Shown here piece after piece: positions 20,520 through 30,707 of a stretch of 64,000 bases of DNA. Under the pieces are notes generated by a model. The model made no database searches and was not told the origin of the DNA. It was given only the letters and a program-made list of their open reading frames with translations. This DNA comes from a virus (taxonomy: Duplodnaviria > Caudoviricetes). Position 1 is the first letter of the stretch; every line of letters begins with the position of its first letter. Made by a program: the position numbers and the translations under genes. Where the stretch lies: positions 1-64,000 of the IMG/VR virus record IMGVR_UViG_3300014204_000114; one strand, written 5' to 3'.

Positions 20520-22525
20520 ACGTTATTTCCTCCTTGGTTTTTCTTCTTCTGAATCTCTTCAACAAGTTTCTTAAATTCGTCAGCGTTTGCAGGGATTAAA
20601 CGCCGAGCCGCAGCATCTTTAAACAGCCTATCGGCTGCTATTTGTCCGTTATTAAGCAATGTTTCGTGCCATTTTTCTACGAAATTCTCGACTACTTTCT
20701 CGTCATATTGAACAACTCTGGAAGTAGCCTCGACAGCAATTGTGGGATCCGGCACAGCGCCAGTTGGCACCCTGCTCATCCCATCTCTGATCTTACCTGT
20801 AATTTTAGAAATGTCAACACTTTCGATAAGTTTAGTTGCAGAAAGTTCAAGTGCTTCCACGCCGAGTTTAATGTTGTCCGCTCTTAAATCTTCGATAGGT
20901 TTCGCGTCAAGTTTTTCAGCGGTACCTAAAAATTCAAGAAGCGCATTATAGTCGGATAAAAGCGCCCGATATTTCTTTAGAAGCTTAACATGGTTGTCTC
21001 TTATTGATTCGGAATCGCTAGAGAGAACTTCCATATCTAACTTAAAAGCTTCTAGCTGAGTTGTCATTTCGTTAATCTTCGCTTCTAGAGGCTCTTTGGT
21101 ATTCTTTACGCTTTCGGTAATAAGAGTCTGATGCTTTTCGTTAAGTTCTTTTTCAAGTTTAACAAAGTCCTTTTCGCTCTTATCGCAGCCTAAGCCTTTA
21201 GCTTTACGACTCACGCAAGCAAGTATTTTTTCTTTACTACCAGGGCCTTTATATCGACCTATAAGTCTACGCGCAGCTACAACTTTCGAACACGATGTTA
21301 CAGGGAAGGACCGGTTGGGTCCGCAGAACGCGCTGTTAGGCAATCGTTTCCTTTGGGCCGCAGAAAGCTTAGCGTCGTCAAGCTCTTCAGGTTTTACACC
21401 CTCAGCCTCAGCGACTTCATTCTTAATATATTCTTGCTCCTCAGGCTCCATTTCTTTAAACATAAGCTGATAAATAAAATCAGCTTCGTCTTCTGTGAGT
21501 TGTTCCGAGGATATGTCTATCGTGTCGAAATCTAGAGGTTTGTTTTCTGCGGTGGCCGCGGGCGGAGTTGCAGGCGGAGTGGTATCGCAGTTGCAAGGAG
21601 GAGCAGGAGGATCGGTTACGGGAGCACTATCTGCCAGATTAATCGTAGGTTTAGAAGAATCAAATAATGATCCGTCGCCGCCTACCATAAACGACATAGT
21701 CGCATCCAGAACTTCGTAGTCTTTAGCTACTATCGAGTAATCCTTCTTTTCTTTATCCTGGAATACGCCAGAATCACCGGCATTATCCTGAACAGAATTA
21801 AGAATCGAAGAAACTCTTGCGTAGACGTCAGCAGGACGATTGACAAAAGATACTTCGTCGTACATTAAACTGCCGACGATAAGATACATTTCCTGGCCGT
21901 CATGGATAGTCCCGGGATAATGATCGCAAGGACCGTCAACTACCCAGTCTTGCTTGCATATACTGCAAATCGCAGAGTCGGATACTGCGCCAATCGAAAC
22001 TGTTGAATGCCTGCCGTCCATAATCTTTTCGGCTGCATCCTTATCCGATATAGCTACAGTTAAACGAATATGCCCCAAACCACTATACGAATTAGAAAGC
22101 TGCTTGTCTCTTGTTATATTATCGATAAGATCGCCGACAAATTTTACTCTATCGACTACAGGTAACGCTTCGTCAGAGACAGCATTAATCAAAGTATTAT
22201 ACTTATCTGCTTTCTTTCCTTCTTTCTTCTGTATGACCATGCCCGAAGTATCTATATACTCCGAATTAATAACCCTGCCTATAGGATCAGTCATATCGTT
22301 ATGATGTAACTGAACGGGTTTTGGGTATGGGCTCACAAAAGATTCCGCGCCGTTTCTCATTTTATCGGGAAGATAAAAAGTATGGTTGCGCGTGATTATA
22401 CCGGCGTGAGTAGCGTCAATTGTTACATATAACGTCTTACCGGCATTTAAACCCTGTAATACAAAGTCCTTCTGTTCGTCTGAAGGTTTAGGGACTTTGC
22501 ATGTTGCATCGAAAATATTAAACAT
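20516..22525 (-). CDS. Prohead protease / scaffold fusion
   Basis: HND...PIGR, TVSIG, CSIC...CDHYPG and EVSFVNRPAD protease motifs; coiled-coil C-terminus. Confidence 0.8.
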   Translation of the reverse strand: MFNIFDATCKVPKPSDEQKDFVLQGLNAGKTLYVTIDATHAGIITRNHTFYLPDKMRNGAESFVSPYPKPVQLHHNDMTDPIGRVINSEYIDTSGMVIQKKEGKKADKYNTLINAVSDEALPVVDRVKFVGDLIDNITRDKQLSNSYSGLGHIRLTVAISDKDAAEKIMDGRHSTVSIGAVSDSAICSICKQDWVVDGPCDHYPGTIHDGQEMYLIVGSLMYDEVSFVNRPADVYARVSSILNSVQDNAGDSGVFQDKEKKDYSIVAKDYEVLDATMSFMVGGDGSLFDSSKPTINLADSAPVTDPPAPPCNCDTTPPATPPAATAENKPLDFDTIDISSEQLTEDEADFIYQLMFKEMEPEEQEYIKNEVAEAEGVKPEELDDAKLSAAQRKRLPNSAFCGPNRSFPVTSCSKVVAARRLIGRYKGPGSKEKILACVSRKAKGLGCDKSEKDFVKLEKELNEKHQTLITESVKNTKEPLEAKINEMTTQLEAFKLDMEVLSSDSESIRDNHVKLLKKYRALLSDYNALLEFLGTAEKLDAKPIEDLRADNIKLGVEALELSATKLIESVDISKITGKIRDGMSRVPTGAVPDPTIAVEATSRVVQYDEKVVENFVEKWHETLLNNGQIAADRLFKDAAARRLIPANADEFKKLVEEIQKKKNQGGNNV

Positions 22526-25500
22526 CAGTTATTCTCCTCTTGTTCTATTTTACAGACACAGCCAAAATGGAAAGGCGGGATATCCTCAATAGAAAAGTTT
22601 TTGTTTTCAATATCGAGAACAGCGCGCTTACAAATCTTACATTCTTTATCTTCGCCAGCTATTATTGTTTTAACTCCTAAATCGCTAAAGGCACATACTT
22701 TACCAATATTATATGCCTTCGAACTCTCAGTCTCGCTAATAAATACCAATCTATAAGTATAGGAATCTAATATGCTATTAGCTAAATTTATCTTATCATT
22801 AATATCATTACTGTCAATACTTAGAATTTTAGAAGTTACATCGTTAAATAGTTTTCTTACAAAAGAATCTATTCTGTTGCCGAATTCAGTTTCCCATTTT
22901 CTTATTACGTAAGGACTCGCTATAGGTCCGGATTTAGAATCCTTATATCCATTAATAAGAGCGCTTTTAACTAAAAGTTTACACTCTCTTGTTAGAAGAG
23001 ATTGATGTAGTTCGTTGTACGCTTTTATAGAAGACGCGTTCAGAGAATTATCATTAATAAGTTTTACTATAACATCTCTGTAACTGTCCCACGCACTTTT
23101 TATATTTGAAGAAGATTCTTTATCCCAAAATCTATAAGTCTTATTAAATAAAAGGTTTAAAAGTGTTATAAAACTATACATGCCTGAAACTATATCTTTT
23201 GTAGTCCCGGGAGCCAACTTCTTTCCGTGTTGGTTAGAAGGTTGATCTTTTGATTTTGCTTCTGATGCCGCACCAGATTTAGCTTTTATATTAGAAGAAC
23301 TATTCTCAGAATAAGGTTCGTCAATAGACTGCATAAGAACTTCGGGCTTTTTAAATAATTCCCAGTAGGTCCTTTTAAACTCTTCTTCGTCCAAAGGTTC
23401 TCTTGAGAGTTCCCTACGATATTCTTCGAAGGTTATACCGTTACTATTGAAACAGTTAGTGGCATGATTTTCAACTTTAATTCTTGACTCAAGATCTATT
23501 TCGTTAAATCTGATTCTGACGATATTCTTCTCGTCTAATACAGTGTCACCAAAAGTCGACTCTAGTAATAGCTCTTTAATTATAAATTCATTTACGAATG
23601 TTTCGAAGACTAATTGGAAGTCTTTTACATCATCAACCGCAGCTCTGGAAAGAGTGTCAGCTGTCGCACGATTAGTTGAATTCCCCTGAATAGTAGTTTT
23701 ACCATTCCTACGAGTTACAAATAAGTGGTTAGGTACATTATAACAATAAATCATACCGTCATAAGAACATTTAGATATCATTTTTGAGTCTATGATCCTA
23801 TATGTCTTGCCGTACCCCCCGCTTATCAAAACTCTATACATATAGCCGTCTGGGTTTAAAGATCCCTTTTGATTTTTATATTTAGCAACTTTAGCCATAT
23901 ACCCTAAAGACATAGCCAAGACCTGGACGTCATTAGCAAGCCGCTCACTTGACGTAAAGTAAGTAGAATTTATTTTAGGATACTTATAGCAAACATATCC
24001 GTCTCCTGCTAATAGAGATGTTAATAAGGACTTCCTAGACGCCTTGTCCCAAGAAAATATTTCTCTAGGAAGGTTCTTATTTTTTGCGCCATGGCCCACT
24101 CTATCCCTAAAATACTCATAAATATTTTTGCCGTATATCTTGACACAAATACTTTTACTGTGTTTGACCCCACAAAGGGAGCTAATCGAGGTATCTCTTT
24201 TATCTTTTTTACAACTATAAGTAACTCCTATACGATCCAAGAGAGAAAGAATAGAGTCTAGTTTTTCCCCAGAATTCTGAGTTATATTAATTCGGTAAAA
24301 GCTTCTATCTCCATTATACTTATCTAAATTACCTTCTGAAACGAACCAGCCTACAAAAGAAGCCCAATCCTGCATCGAACAAGTGATAGCTTTTGACTTT
24401 CTGCCTCTTTTAACTTTGGCTGAAGGTAGATGGAACTGGATATCACCCTTCTTTTTCATTTCTGCAAACTCAGCAGTCTCAAGCATTAAAAACTCACTAT
24501 ATTCTCCATCAAGCAAATCCATAGCCTTGACTTTATGCCAGTTGGGTCCTAAAAACTTATTATCTAAAGAAGACCTATGACAAACCCACATCTCGTGGTG
24601 AGGCGTAACTTTAATATCAATATGCTTACCGTTAAAACAAATCATATCCCCAACATATCTACCCTCGTATTTATATGTTGCTGTGTGAAATTCTATTAAT
24701 TCGGTCTCTGGGTTATAAGTAGCTATTTTTTCTACAGAATGATCTATCTCATTATGAAATTTCCAGCCATTCTCAGTGAGGGTCATCGTTAATTCATCAT
24801 GACAATCGCCCTCGCCGAAGTCTACAGAAGACATTGCAAGTCCTGTAAAGACTCTGTTTTTAAAATGCTGTATGTAGGTTTCTACTTGAAGAGCTTTACC
24901 CTGAGCACCAATTGGAGTTATCTTATATCTTTCGCTCGTTACTATAGCTCCCTCGGAAGGCATGTATTGAATTTGACCCCTAAGGACCGCTATTTCAGAT
25001 TCACCTTTTTCGTTTATCCCCGCGGGTTTATCTTCCGTACCAACTTGAAAATGATAGAGAGGGAATAGGTACTCATATATTAAAAGTTCTACGTCTTCTT
25101 CTATTCTACGAAGAATCTGTATATCTTCTTTTACTGGAATAATTGATGGGCGCCCAAAAACAAATCCGGGCTTCCTATCATAATAAATATGTACTATATC
25201 TTCTTTATTGAAATTAACTGTCTTCCCGTAGAGTTCCTGTACCCATCTTTTTATATTCTTACTCTTGTCAATTTCAGCTTTAACGGTTTCAGCGGGGACT
25301 ATAAAATAACCAGCGATAGGCTTAAGTTCTTTTCCGTTTTCAGTTCTGATTTTGCCGCCGGAAGAGCTTGTATCTCTGACTTTAGCTACAAGAGTATTCG
25401 AAATCTTTATCAAGGAAGAAGCCATATCCCTAAAGAGAATCGCTGTTGGGATACTTGTGGCCGCGGATATCTGACGGAACCTTTCCTTAACGTAGCTTAT

Positions 25501-25836
25501 TGTCTCTTTGTTATTCCCTACAAAGTCGTAACCCTCTTTAAACATAGCCCCGATTTTTTTGCGGAAAGCCATGCTTACATAAGATTCGACGTCTTCTATT
25601 CTTCCGACTTCAGAAAGATCCCAATCGGACATTACGAACTGACCTGCAGCTCCATGTCTGCTATATGATATAGTGGGGTCTTTTGTAGGTTTTAATTGAG
25701 TTTTTAAAAGCGTAGGACTAGGCCTAGGAGCATCTACGACTTTGCTCTCGGCTGGAGAAACGGGATATATTTTAAAATCTATCTTCTTAAGCTCAGTTTT
25801 ACTCACTGGCATCAAGCTCCTCTTTCCATTTGTCAA
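22525..25836 (-). CDS. Portal protein with intein and C-terminal MuF-like domain
   Basis: EDIVHIYY...FGRPSI portal motif; intein insertion; C-terminal ETE...AYN-x-G...CKIC...PPFHFGCVC. Confidence 0.85.
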   Translation of the reverse strand: MTNGKRSLMPVSKTELKKIDFKIYPVSPAESKVVDAPRPSPTLLKTQLKPTKDPTISYSRHGAAGQFVMSDWDLSEVGRIEDVESYVSMAFRKKIGAMFKEGYDFVGNNKETISYVKERFRQISAATSIPTAILFRDMASSLIKISNTLVAKVRDTSSSGGKIRTENGKELKPIAGYFIVPAETVKAEIDKSKNIKRWVQELYGKTVNFNKEDIVHIYYDRKPGFVFGRPSIIPVKEDIQILRRIEEDVELLIYEYLFPLYHFQVGTEDKPAGINEKGESEIAVLRGQIQYMPSEGAIVTSERYKITPIGAQGKALQVETYIQHFKNRVFTGLAMSSVDFGEGDCHDELTMTLTENGWKFHNEIDHSVEKIATYNPETELIEFHTATYKYEGRYVGDMICFNGKHIDIKVTPHHEMWVCHRSSLDNKFLGPNWHKVKAMDLLDGEYSEFLMLETAEFAEMKKKGDIQFHLPSAKVKRGRKSKAITCSMQDWASFVGWFVSEGNLDKYNGDRSFYRINITQNSGEKLDSILSLLDRIGVTYSCKKDKRDTSISSLCGVKHSKSICVKIYGKNIYEYFRDRVGHGAKNKNLPREIFSWDKASRKSLLTSLLAGDGYVCYKYPKINSTYFTSSERLANDVQVLAMSLGYMAKVAKYKNQKGSLNPDGYMYRVLISGGYGKTYRIIDSKMISKCSYDGMIYCYNVPNHLFVTRRNGKTTIQGNSTNRATADTLSRAAVDDVKDFQLVFETFVNEFIIKELLLESTFGDTVLDEKNIVRIRFNEIDLESRIKVENHATNCFNSNGITFEEYRRELSREPLDEEEFKRTYWELFKKPEVLMQSIDEPYSENSSSNIKAKSGAASEAKSKDQPSNQHGKKLAPGTTKDIVSGMYSFITLLNLLFNKTYRFWDKESSSNIKSAWDSYRDVIVKLINDNSLNASSIKAYNELHQSLLTRECKLLVKSALINGYKDSKSGPIASPYVIRKWETEFGNRIDSFVRKLFNDVTSKILSIDSNDINDKINLANSILDSYTYRLVFISETESSKAYNIGKVCAFSDLGVKTIIAGEDKECKICKRAVLDIENKNFSIEDIPPFHFGCVCKIEQEENN
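23680..24804 (-). mobile_element. 375-aa intein with LAGLIDADG homing endonuclease, in the portal gene
   Basis: Starts C-HDELTMTLTENGWK; ends IYCYNVPNHLFVTRRNGKTTIQG-N with +1 Ser; LAGLIDADG helices FVGWFVSEG and LLTSLLAGDG. Confidence 0.9.
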
Positions 25837-27634
25837 CAGTCTCCTGGTCTACACCTTCTATCTTGCCTGAACAATTAGAAAAGTCAATAGTTACAGATCT
25901 GGAGACATAATCTTCCTGAGTTCGTTTTAGTAACTCCGGAGTTTCATTATATGTCGGTACCGTCGGAGTCGCAGAATTGCCGACCATATAAGTTTTAAAT
26001 CTTTGAAGACTAGGAGTCTCCCACAAGTTAATTACGTTCGATGAAGGCTCTAAAAAAGCACTGGATTTTTGAGAGAGAGTTAATAGTCCCCTGTCGTTCT
26101 CCGATAATACTATAGAAAAGTCCTCAAAATCGGAGTTCCTATCTAACACATCCTTGACCGACTGAATACTTTGTTCGAGTTCGTCTTTCTTATTATCGCA
26201 GGGCTTTAGTAACTTATTTTTAAGTATCGCCTCGGCTATACTAATAATGTACCCTAATTTTATAATAGCGTCTATATATGAAAGTAACGCTTTATCATAA
26301 TCACCCTTATCTCCAAATAAAGCCTTTAGGGCGCGAAGAGGAGTATTTAAAGCGTCCTCTAACATCTGTTTTCCTTCTCCAAGAGTCTGATACAAGACCC
26401 CAATTACTCCATTTTCGGCATTAAGTATTGTCTGCTTTATCTTATCCAGCTCTTTTGTAAAGTCTTCGACTACGGTAGGCTCATTACTCCTATCCAAACT
26501 ATTTGCTATTTCTTGCTGAGTAGGTCCTATGCCGAATAGTTTGGCGGTTCCGCCAGAAGAAGAACCTAAATCCATTAGTCCTAACTTAATAGCCTTTTGA
26601 ACATCTAACTTCTCTACTTGTTCTTTTAAAGAATCTATAATACAAACTATAGGCTGAACTATCATATCTATTAATTGGTCTATAAGAGTCCCGAGATTTA
26701 ACAGGATGTCCCCAAGCAAATCTCCCAGAAGACCTAACAAAATATCTTTAAGGCTATCTAAGTCGAAAGCTAGCATCTTAAGCATGCTTAAAATCATCAT
26801 AATAATTAGAACTAAATCGGGAACACACATGAAGTTTAAGAAGTCTAATAGATTGCACAGATCCATCATAAAGTTTCTATTCGTCAGTAAGTCAAGAAGA
26901 CTTAGCAATTCGTTAAGACGTCTCATTAACTCATCTAATAGACTATTGAGTAAGTCGGCTAAAGGGTTAAGCTGACTTAGGTCTATTATCCTAAACTGGC
27001 ACGGAATACAATCTTGTAAGAATCTAGATATTTTGTCAGACTGTGATTCTTTAGAGTTGGCTGCTGTCGCCCACGAGTTTTGAGTATCGGGAGGAAGTTC
27101 CATCCCCGCGAAATGTTTCATATTATACTGAGGCTCGTCAGCATAAGTCCCCTCGCTCATAAACATATTCTTCTCTATAGAAGGGGCCTGATTCATAATA
27201 TTGATTCTGTTCGGGCCGGCATTGGACCCCGGACGCTTTGTATACGAAGCTATTAAACGGTTTGTAGTTCCTATTTCTGTAGTATTAGTTTTACTTCTAG
27301 CGGAGTCAATCGTAGAACCGGTATTATCACTTGATATACCTGTACTTCTAGGGGCAGTCGAAGAATCCGGAGTGGTTACTCTTTGGGCTGCTTGTTGAGA
27401 GGTTTGATCTGTGGTAGTTGTGGCGCGATCTGTAGTTCCCTTTTTGGGAACAATTGTAACCTGATTTATGTATCCGTTTTTAAGACCTTTGGAAATAACT
27501 CTGCTAGATGAGGAGTTCTCGGACAGGAATCTATTAAGTAAGGAGTAGACTTTATGAGGCTCCTGAATAGAGTCATAAATTATTCCATGCTCGTATGTCT
27601 TAATTATAAATCTTGAGTCTATAGCTGTGTTCAT
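25799..27634 (-). CDS. Hypothetical 611-aa Leu-rich helical protein
   Basis: ORF between TerL and portal; Thr/Ser linker, CIPC motif, hydrophobic helices. Confidence 0.7.
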   Translation of the reverse strand: MNTAIDSRFIIKTYEHGIIYDSIQEPHKVYSLLNRFLSENSSSSRVISKGLKNGYINQVTIVPKKGTTDRATTTTDQTSQQAAQRVTTPDSSTAPRSTGISSDNTGSTIDSARSKTNTTEIGTTNRLIASYTKRPGSNAGPNRINIMNQAPSIEKNMFMSEGTYADEPQYNMKHFAGMELPPDTQNSWATAANSKESQSDKISRFLQDCIPCQFRIIDLSQLNPLADLLNSLLDELMRRLNELLSLLDLLTNRNFMMDLCNLLDFLNFMCVPDLVLIIMMILSMLKMLAFDLDSLKDILLGLLGDLLGDILLNLGTLIDQLIDMIVQPIVCIIDSLKEQVEKLDVQKAIKLGLMDLGSSSGGTAKLFGIGPTQQEIANSLDRSNEPTVVEDFTKELDKIKQTILNAENGVIGVLYQTLGEGKQMLEDALNTPLRALKALFGDKGDYDKALLSYIDAIIKLGYIISIAEAILKNKLLKPCDNKKDELEQSIQSVKDVLDRNSDFEDFSIVLSENDRGLLTLSQKSSAFLEPSSNVINLWETPSLQRFKTYMVGNSATPTVPTYNETPELLKRTQEDYVSRSVTIDFSNCSGKIEGVDQETVDKWKEELDASE

Positions 27635-28347
27635 TTTACTTGCTTTTCTAGAATTTTAATAGCTTCTGTCAGAGGCTTGTAATATAGTTTAACTAAATCC
27701 TCCGCTTTATCTTTTAATTTATCCCATAACATGTTAAGCATTTCAGTTTCGAATTGATCCATATCCAGATTCTCAGCTATTTTAAAGTTAGAAGTTGCCG
27801 AGTTGGGAGGAGCCGACATTTTACTAAATAAGTCCGTAAGATGCTTATTGAGATTTGCGTCCGCGGCTTCGCCTTTTTGATTAAAGTTATTTATCATATT
27901 CCCTATTTTAGAAGGGCTTATTACGTCATTTTCTACATATTCACTTCGAGCATCTTTTACATTTTCTACACACTGATTATACTGAGCATATGTTATCTCT
28001 ATATAGTCGTCGGTTATGACAGCCGTGTCAGGAAACAACCTAAGCATAGCAGCTTTAGTAGGTCCGTAATTAGGATCTGACTTTAATACTTTCGTAGAAG
28101 AGTTCTGAGACCTTCTGTCTATTTCTCTCTTTATCTTGTCGGAAAGGTCCGCGACATAATCGTAATTATCAGCAATACCCTTAACTAACTCTTTAATATC
28201 CCCTACACTTAACGGCTGGCCTTCATCTAAAAGTTCCTCGTAAACAGTATCTCCTATTACGGGCCTTTTCTCCCATTCAAGATCAGGCTTATCAGTTAGC
28301 TGCCCTAAGTCTTCAGGTGGAATGTCGCCGCCGTTATAGTTGGTCAT
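27631..28347 (-). CDS. Hypothetical protein
   Basis: Coupled overlaps with both neighbours. Confidence 0.7.
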   Translation of the reverse strand: MTNYNGGDIPPEDLGQLTDKPDLEWEKRPVIGDTVYEELLDEGQPLSVGDIKELVKGIADNYDYVADLSDKIKREIDRRSQNSSTKVLKSDPNYGPTKAAMLRLFPDTAVITDDYIEITYAQYNQCVENVKDARSEYVENDVISPSKIGNMINNFNQKGEAADANLNKHLTDLFSKMSAPPNSATSNFKIAENLDMDQFETEMLNMLWDKLKDKAEDLVKLYYKPLTEAIKILEKQVK

Positions 28348-28775
28348 TACAGAGTATACTCCGTAGAATAAGTTATGTTTAGGAAGGTATCAATTAGTAC
28401 TTCAGGAGATCTATTAGGAGGCATCGTTATCCTTACCCAAAAAGGAGTAAACCCCGTAGTTATAATACTCCCGAAACTTAGGATATTACCATAATCGACA
28501 GAACTCCACTGAGACTCCGTAGGTTGGACGTCTGAACTATACAGTTTCCATCCCCATCCGTATTGGCCACTTACTTTGCTGTTACCGCCGCCAGAATAAT
28601 AAGGCTGCACTATAACATTAGTATAGCCTTTCGTTGCGTCGTCGTTTCTAACATAGATCTTAGTATCAATAGTATTAGAGTTTGTGCCTTCAGCTGTTAT
28701 AGAGAATGGATTTGTTTGGTCTCCGTTCTCACTTATCTGGGTTGCGGCGTCTGCACTTTCATAAAGTCCTAACAT
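28347..28775 (-). CDS. Hypothetical beta-rich virion-like protein
   Basis: 142 aa; PFWVRI motif; in operon. Confidence 0.6.
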   Translation of the reverse strand: MLGLYESADAATQISENGDQTNPFSITAEGTNSNTIDTKIYVRNDDATKGYTNVIVQPYYSGGGNSKVSGQYGWGWKLYSSDVQPTESQWSSVDYGNILSFGSIITTGFTPFWVRITMPPNRSPEVLIDTFLNITYSTEYTL

Positions 28776-28784
28776 TTTATTACC

Positions 28785-30707
28785 TCAAAATTTTGATCGT
28801 TTAGCCGGTCTTAATCTTTCTTTGGCCGGCAAGCTAATTCTAGACTTTTTAACCGGAGGAGGTTCATCCCTATCAAATCCCGGATACCTCCATAGTTTTA
28901 TTCCGTTGTCGCGGTTTACATTCCCCGCCGGAATATTGTTTTTGCCAAGCAGTGGTATCTTTTCATTTCCTGTTCCTTGCCTTGGTTCAAAAGTCTTTAA
29001 CTCTTTCTTTTTATTCGGATCGTTAACAATTAAACCGCCCTCTTCGTCCCTAAAAGAACTTCGAGCGATATTTTCTACTATCATTATATCATTTCCAGAG
29101 GAAGAGCGTGCAACTTTGTCCCCCAGATTTATAGTAAAAGCTATTAGCGATAATTGCATCGCAGCTATATGATGATCGCCTACTGCCGGGTCAGAACTAG
29201 CATATCTGGGTTTGCCAGCTTCAGATCTATGCTCGATTATATAAGCTCTTAACTCATCAATTAAAGTCTTGTCTTTTGACGATATCTTGAAAAGACCCTG
29301 TTCGAATAGTCTTACTGAGTTTTCGACAATATATGGTTTGGCGGCTTTTTTAATTATCTCTCCATTAAAAGGATCTCTCGTTTCTATAGAAGAACCAAAG
29401 TCGTACTGTTTGACTATATCCTTAAGTTTCGAATCGGGATGCTCCGGACCTCTATTTATGTCTCTTATAGCTTCAAAGCCTATCCTTTTAAGGACCTCAT
29501 AATGCATCTCCCCATAACCCTTATCGACATATATATATTTGGGCCGCCAAAATCTATTTAATTCAACTAGCCCTTTTATAGCTGCAGTTTGAGACCACCC
29601 AACTCTTGAGATGACTTCAGACGCGAACTTTTTATAAACGCCATTTTTAGGGTTATAGCCAGTAACGCAATATACAGTTCCTACAGCCTCGCTGTTCCAA
29701 TCAACGCCTATTGAATAAACATAAGAATTGTCTCTAACTAAGTCTTCGTATTTATACTCTTGCAAAGCTTCCTGAACATATATATTTTGATAGACACCTT
29801 CTTCCTGCTCGCCGAACTCAGCCAAAACTTCGTGAATATAACCGGCTCTTGTTAGGTTCCTTTTAAACTCATCATCTAAGTCTTGAGTCCAGTTCGGGTT
29901 AACTTGAGAAGGAAAGTGAAACTCTTTATAAGTACAATCTATGCATCTTTTATAGAACGCCCCCCTCTGGCCAGTAGGAGTAGAGGAAAACCATATCTCG
30001 TTATCAGGGTAATTAGTAACAATAGCCATAGACGAATCTAAGTCGCCAGCAGCTAAATAGTCAGCTTCATCTTCTATCAATAAAGGAGCAGACGCACCAC
30101 GGACAGCATCGGCATTACCTCCCGATTTAGTGCCTGCAGTAAACCCCTTGACTACAGAGTTGTTAGCAAGTTTAATAGTGACAAACGGAGTCTTAGGTTT
30201 AGCTATAACAGATTCGTTCAAATACGGATTAGATATAATATGACTTACCATCCTATCATATATAATAGATATTTGAGAAGCATAAGGTGTTAGAAAGAGT
30301 GCCCCGTAAGCATTTCTTGTGTAAACCCGATGGAGAGCCTTAATAACTAAGACGTCTGTCTTGCCTGCTTGTCGCCCGATTCTGGATATCTTTCTAGCCG
30401 CAGTACATCTAAGCATTACAGCCTGATACCATCTCGCTACCCAAGGAGTGCCAGTCTTAGCGTCTATAATGAACTTTTCAGCCCAAAGGACCGGGTCTAA
30501 TAAACTCTTTAAAAACTCTTTTTCTTCTTCAGATATAGTAGCCGCTAAGTTAGGATCTATTAAATACTCCGGCTTTTTAATGCCGTGACATTTAATCTTA
30601 AACTCTCTCTCTTCGGGAAATTTTTTACAGTAATCTCTTATACAGTCCTTGCATGCAGGATCTATTGTTTCATCAAGCGTAAATGGTAGTTTTAGTTGTT
30701 TGCTCAT
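28785..30707 (-). CDS. terL: Terminase large subunit
   Basis: WYQ motif; Walker A IGRQAGKT; Walker B LLIEDEAD; STP coupling motif; RNase H-like IGVDWN and YVDKGYG. Confidence 0.93.
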   Translation of the reverse strand: MSKQLKLPFTLDETIDPACKDCIRDYCKKFPEEREFKIKCHGIKKPEYLIDPNLAATISEEEKEFLKSLLDPVLWAEKFIIDAKTGTPWVARWYQAVMLRCTAARKISRIGRQAGKTDVLVIKALHRVYTRNAYGALFLTPYASQISIIYDRMVSHIISNPYLNESVIAKPKTPFVTIKLANNSVVKGFTAGTKSGGNADAVRGASAPLLIEDEADYLAAGDLDSSMAIVTNYPDNEIWFSSTPTGQRGAFYKRCIDCTYKEFHFPSQVNPNWTQDLDDEFKRNLTRAGYIHEVLAEFGEQEEGVYQNIYVQEALQEYKYEDLVRDNSYVYSIGVDWNSEAVGTVYCVTGYNPKNGVYKKFASEVISRVGWSQTAAIKGLVELNRFWRPKYIYVDKGYGEMHYEVLKRIGFEAIRDINRGPEHPDSKLKDIVKQYDFGSSIETRDPFNGEIIKKAAKPYIVENSVRLFEQGLFKISSKDKTLIDELRAYIIEHRSEAGKPRYASSDPAVGDHHIAAMQLSLIAFTINLGDKVARSSSGNDIMIVENIARSSFRDEEGGLIVNDPNKKKELKTFEPRQGTGNEKIPLLGKNNIPAGNVNRDNGIKLWRYPGFDRDEPPPVKKSRISLPAKERLRPAKRSKF

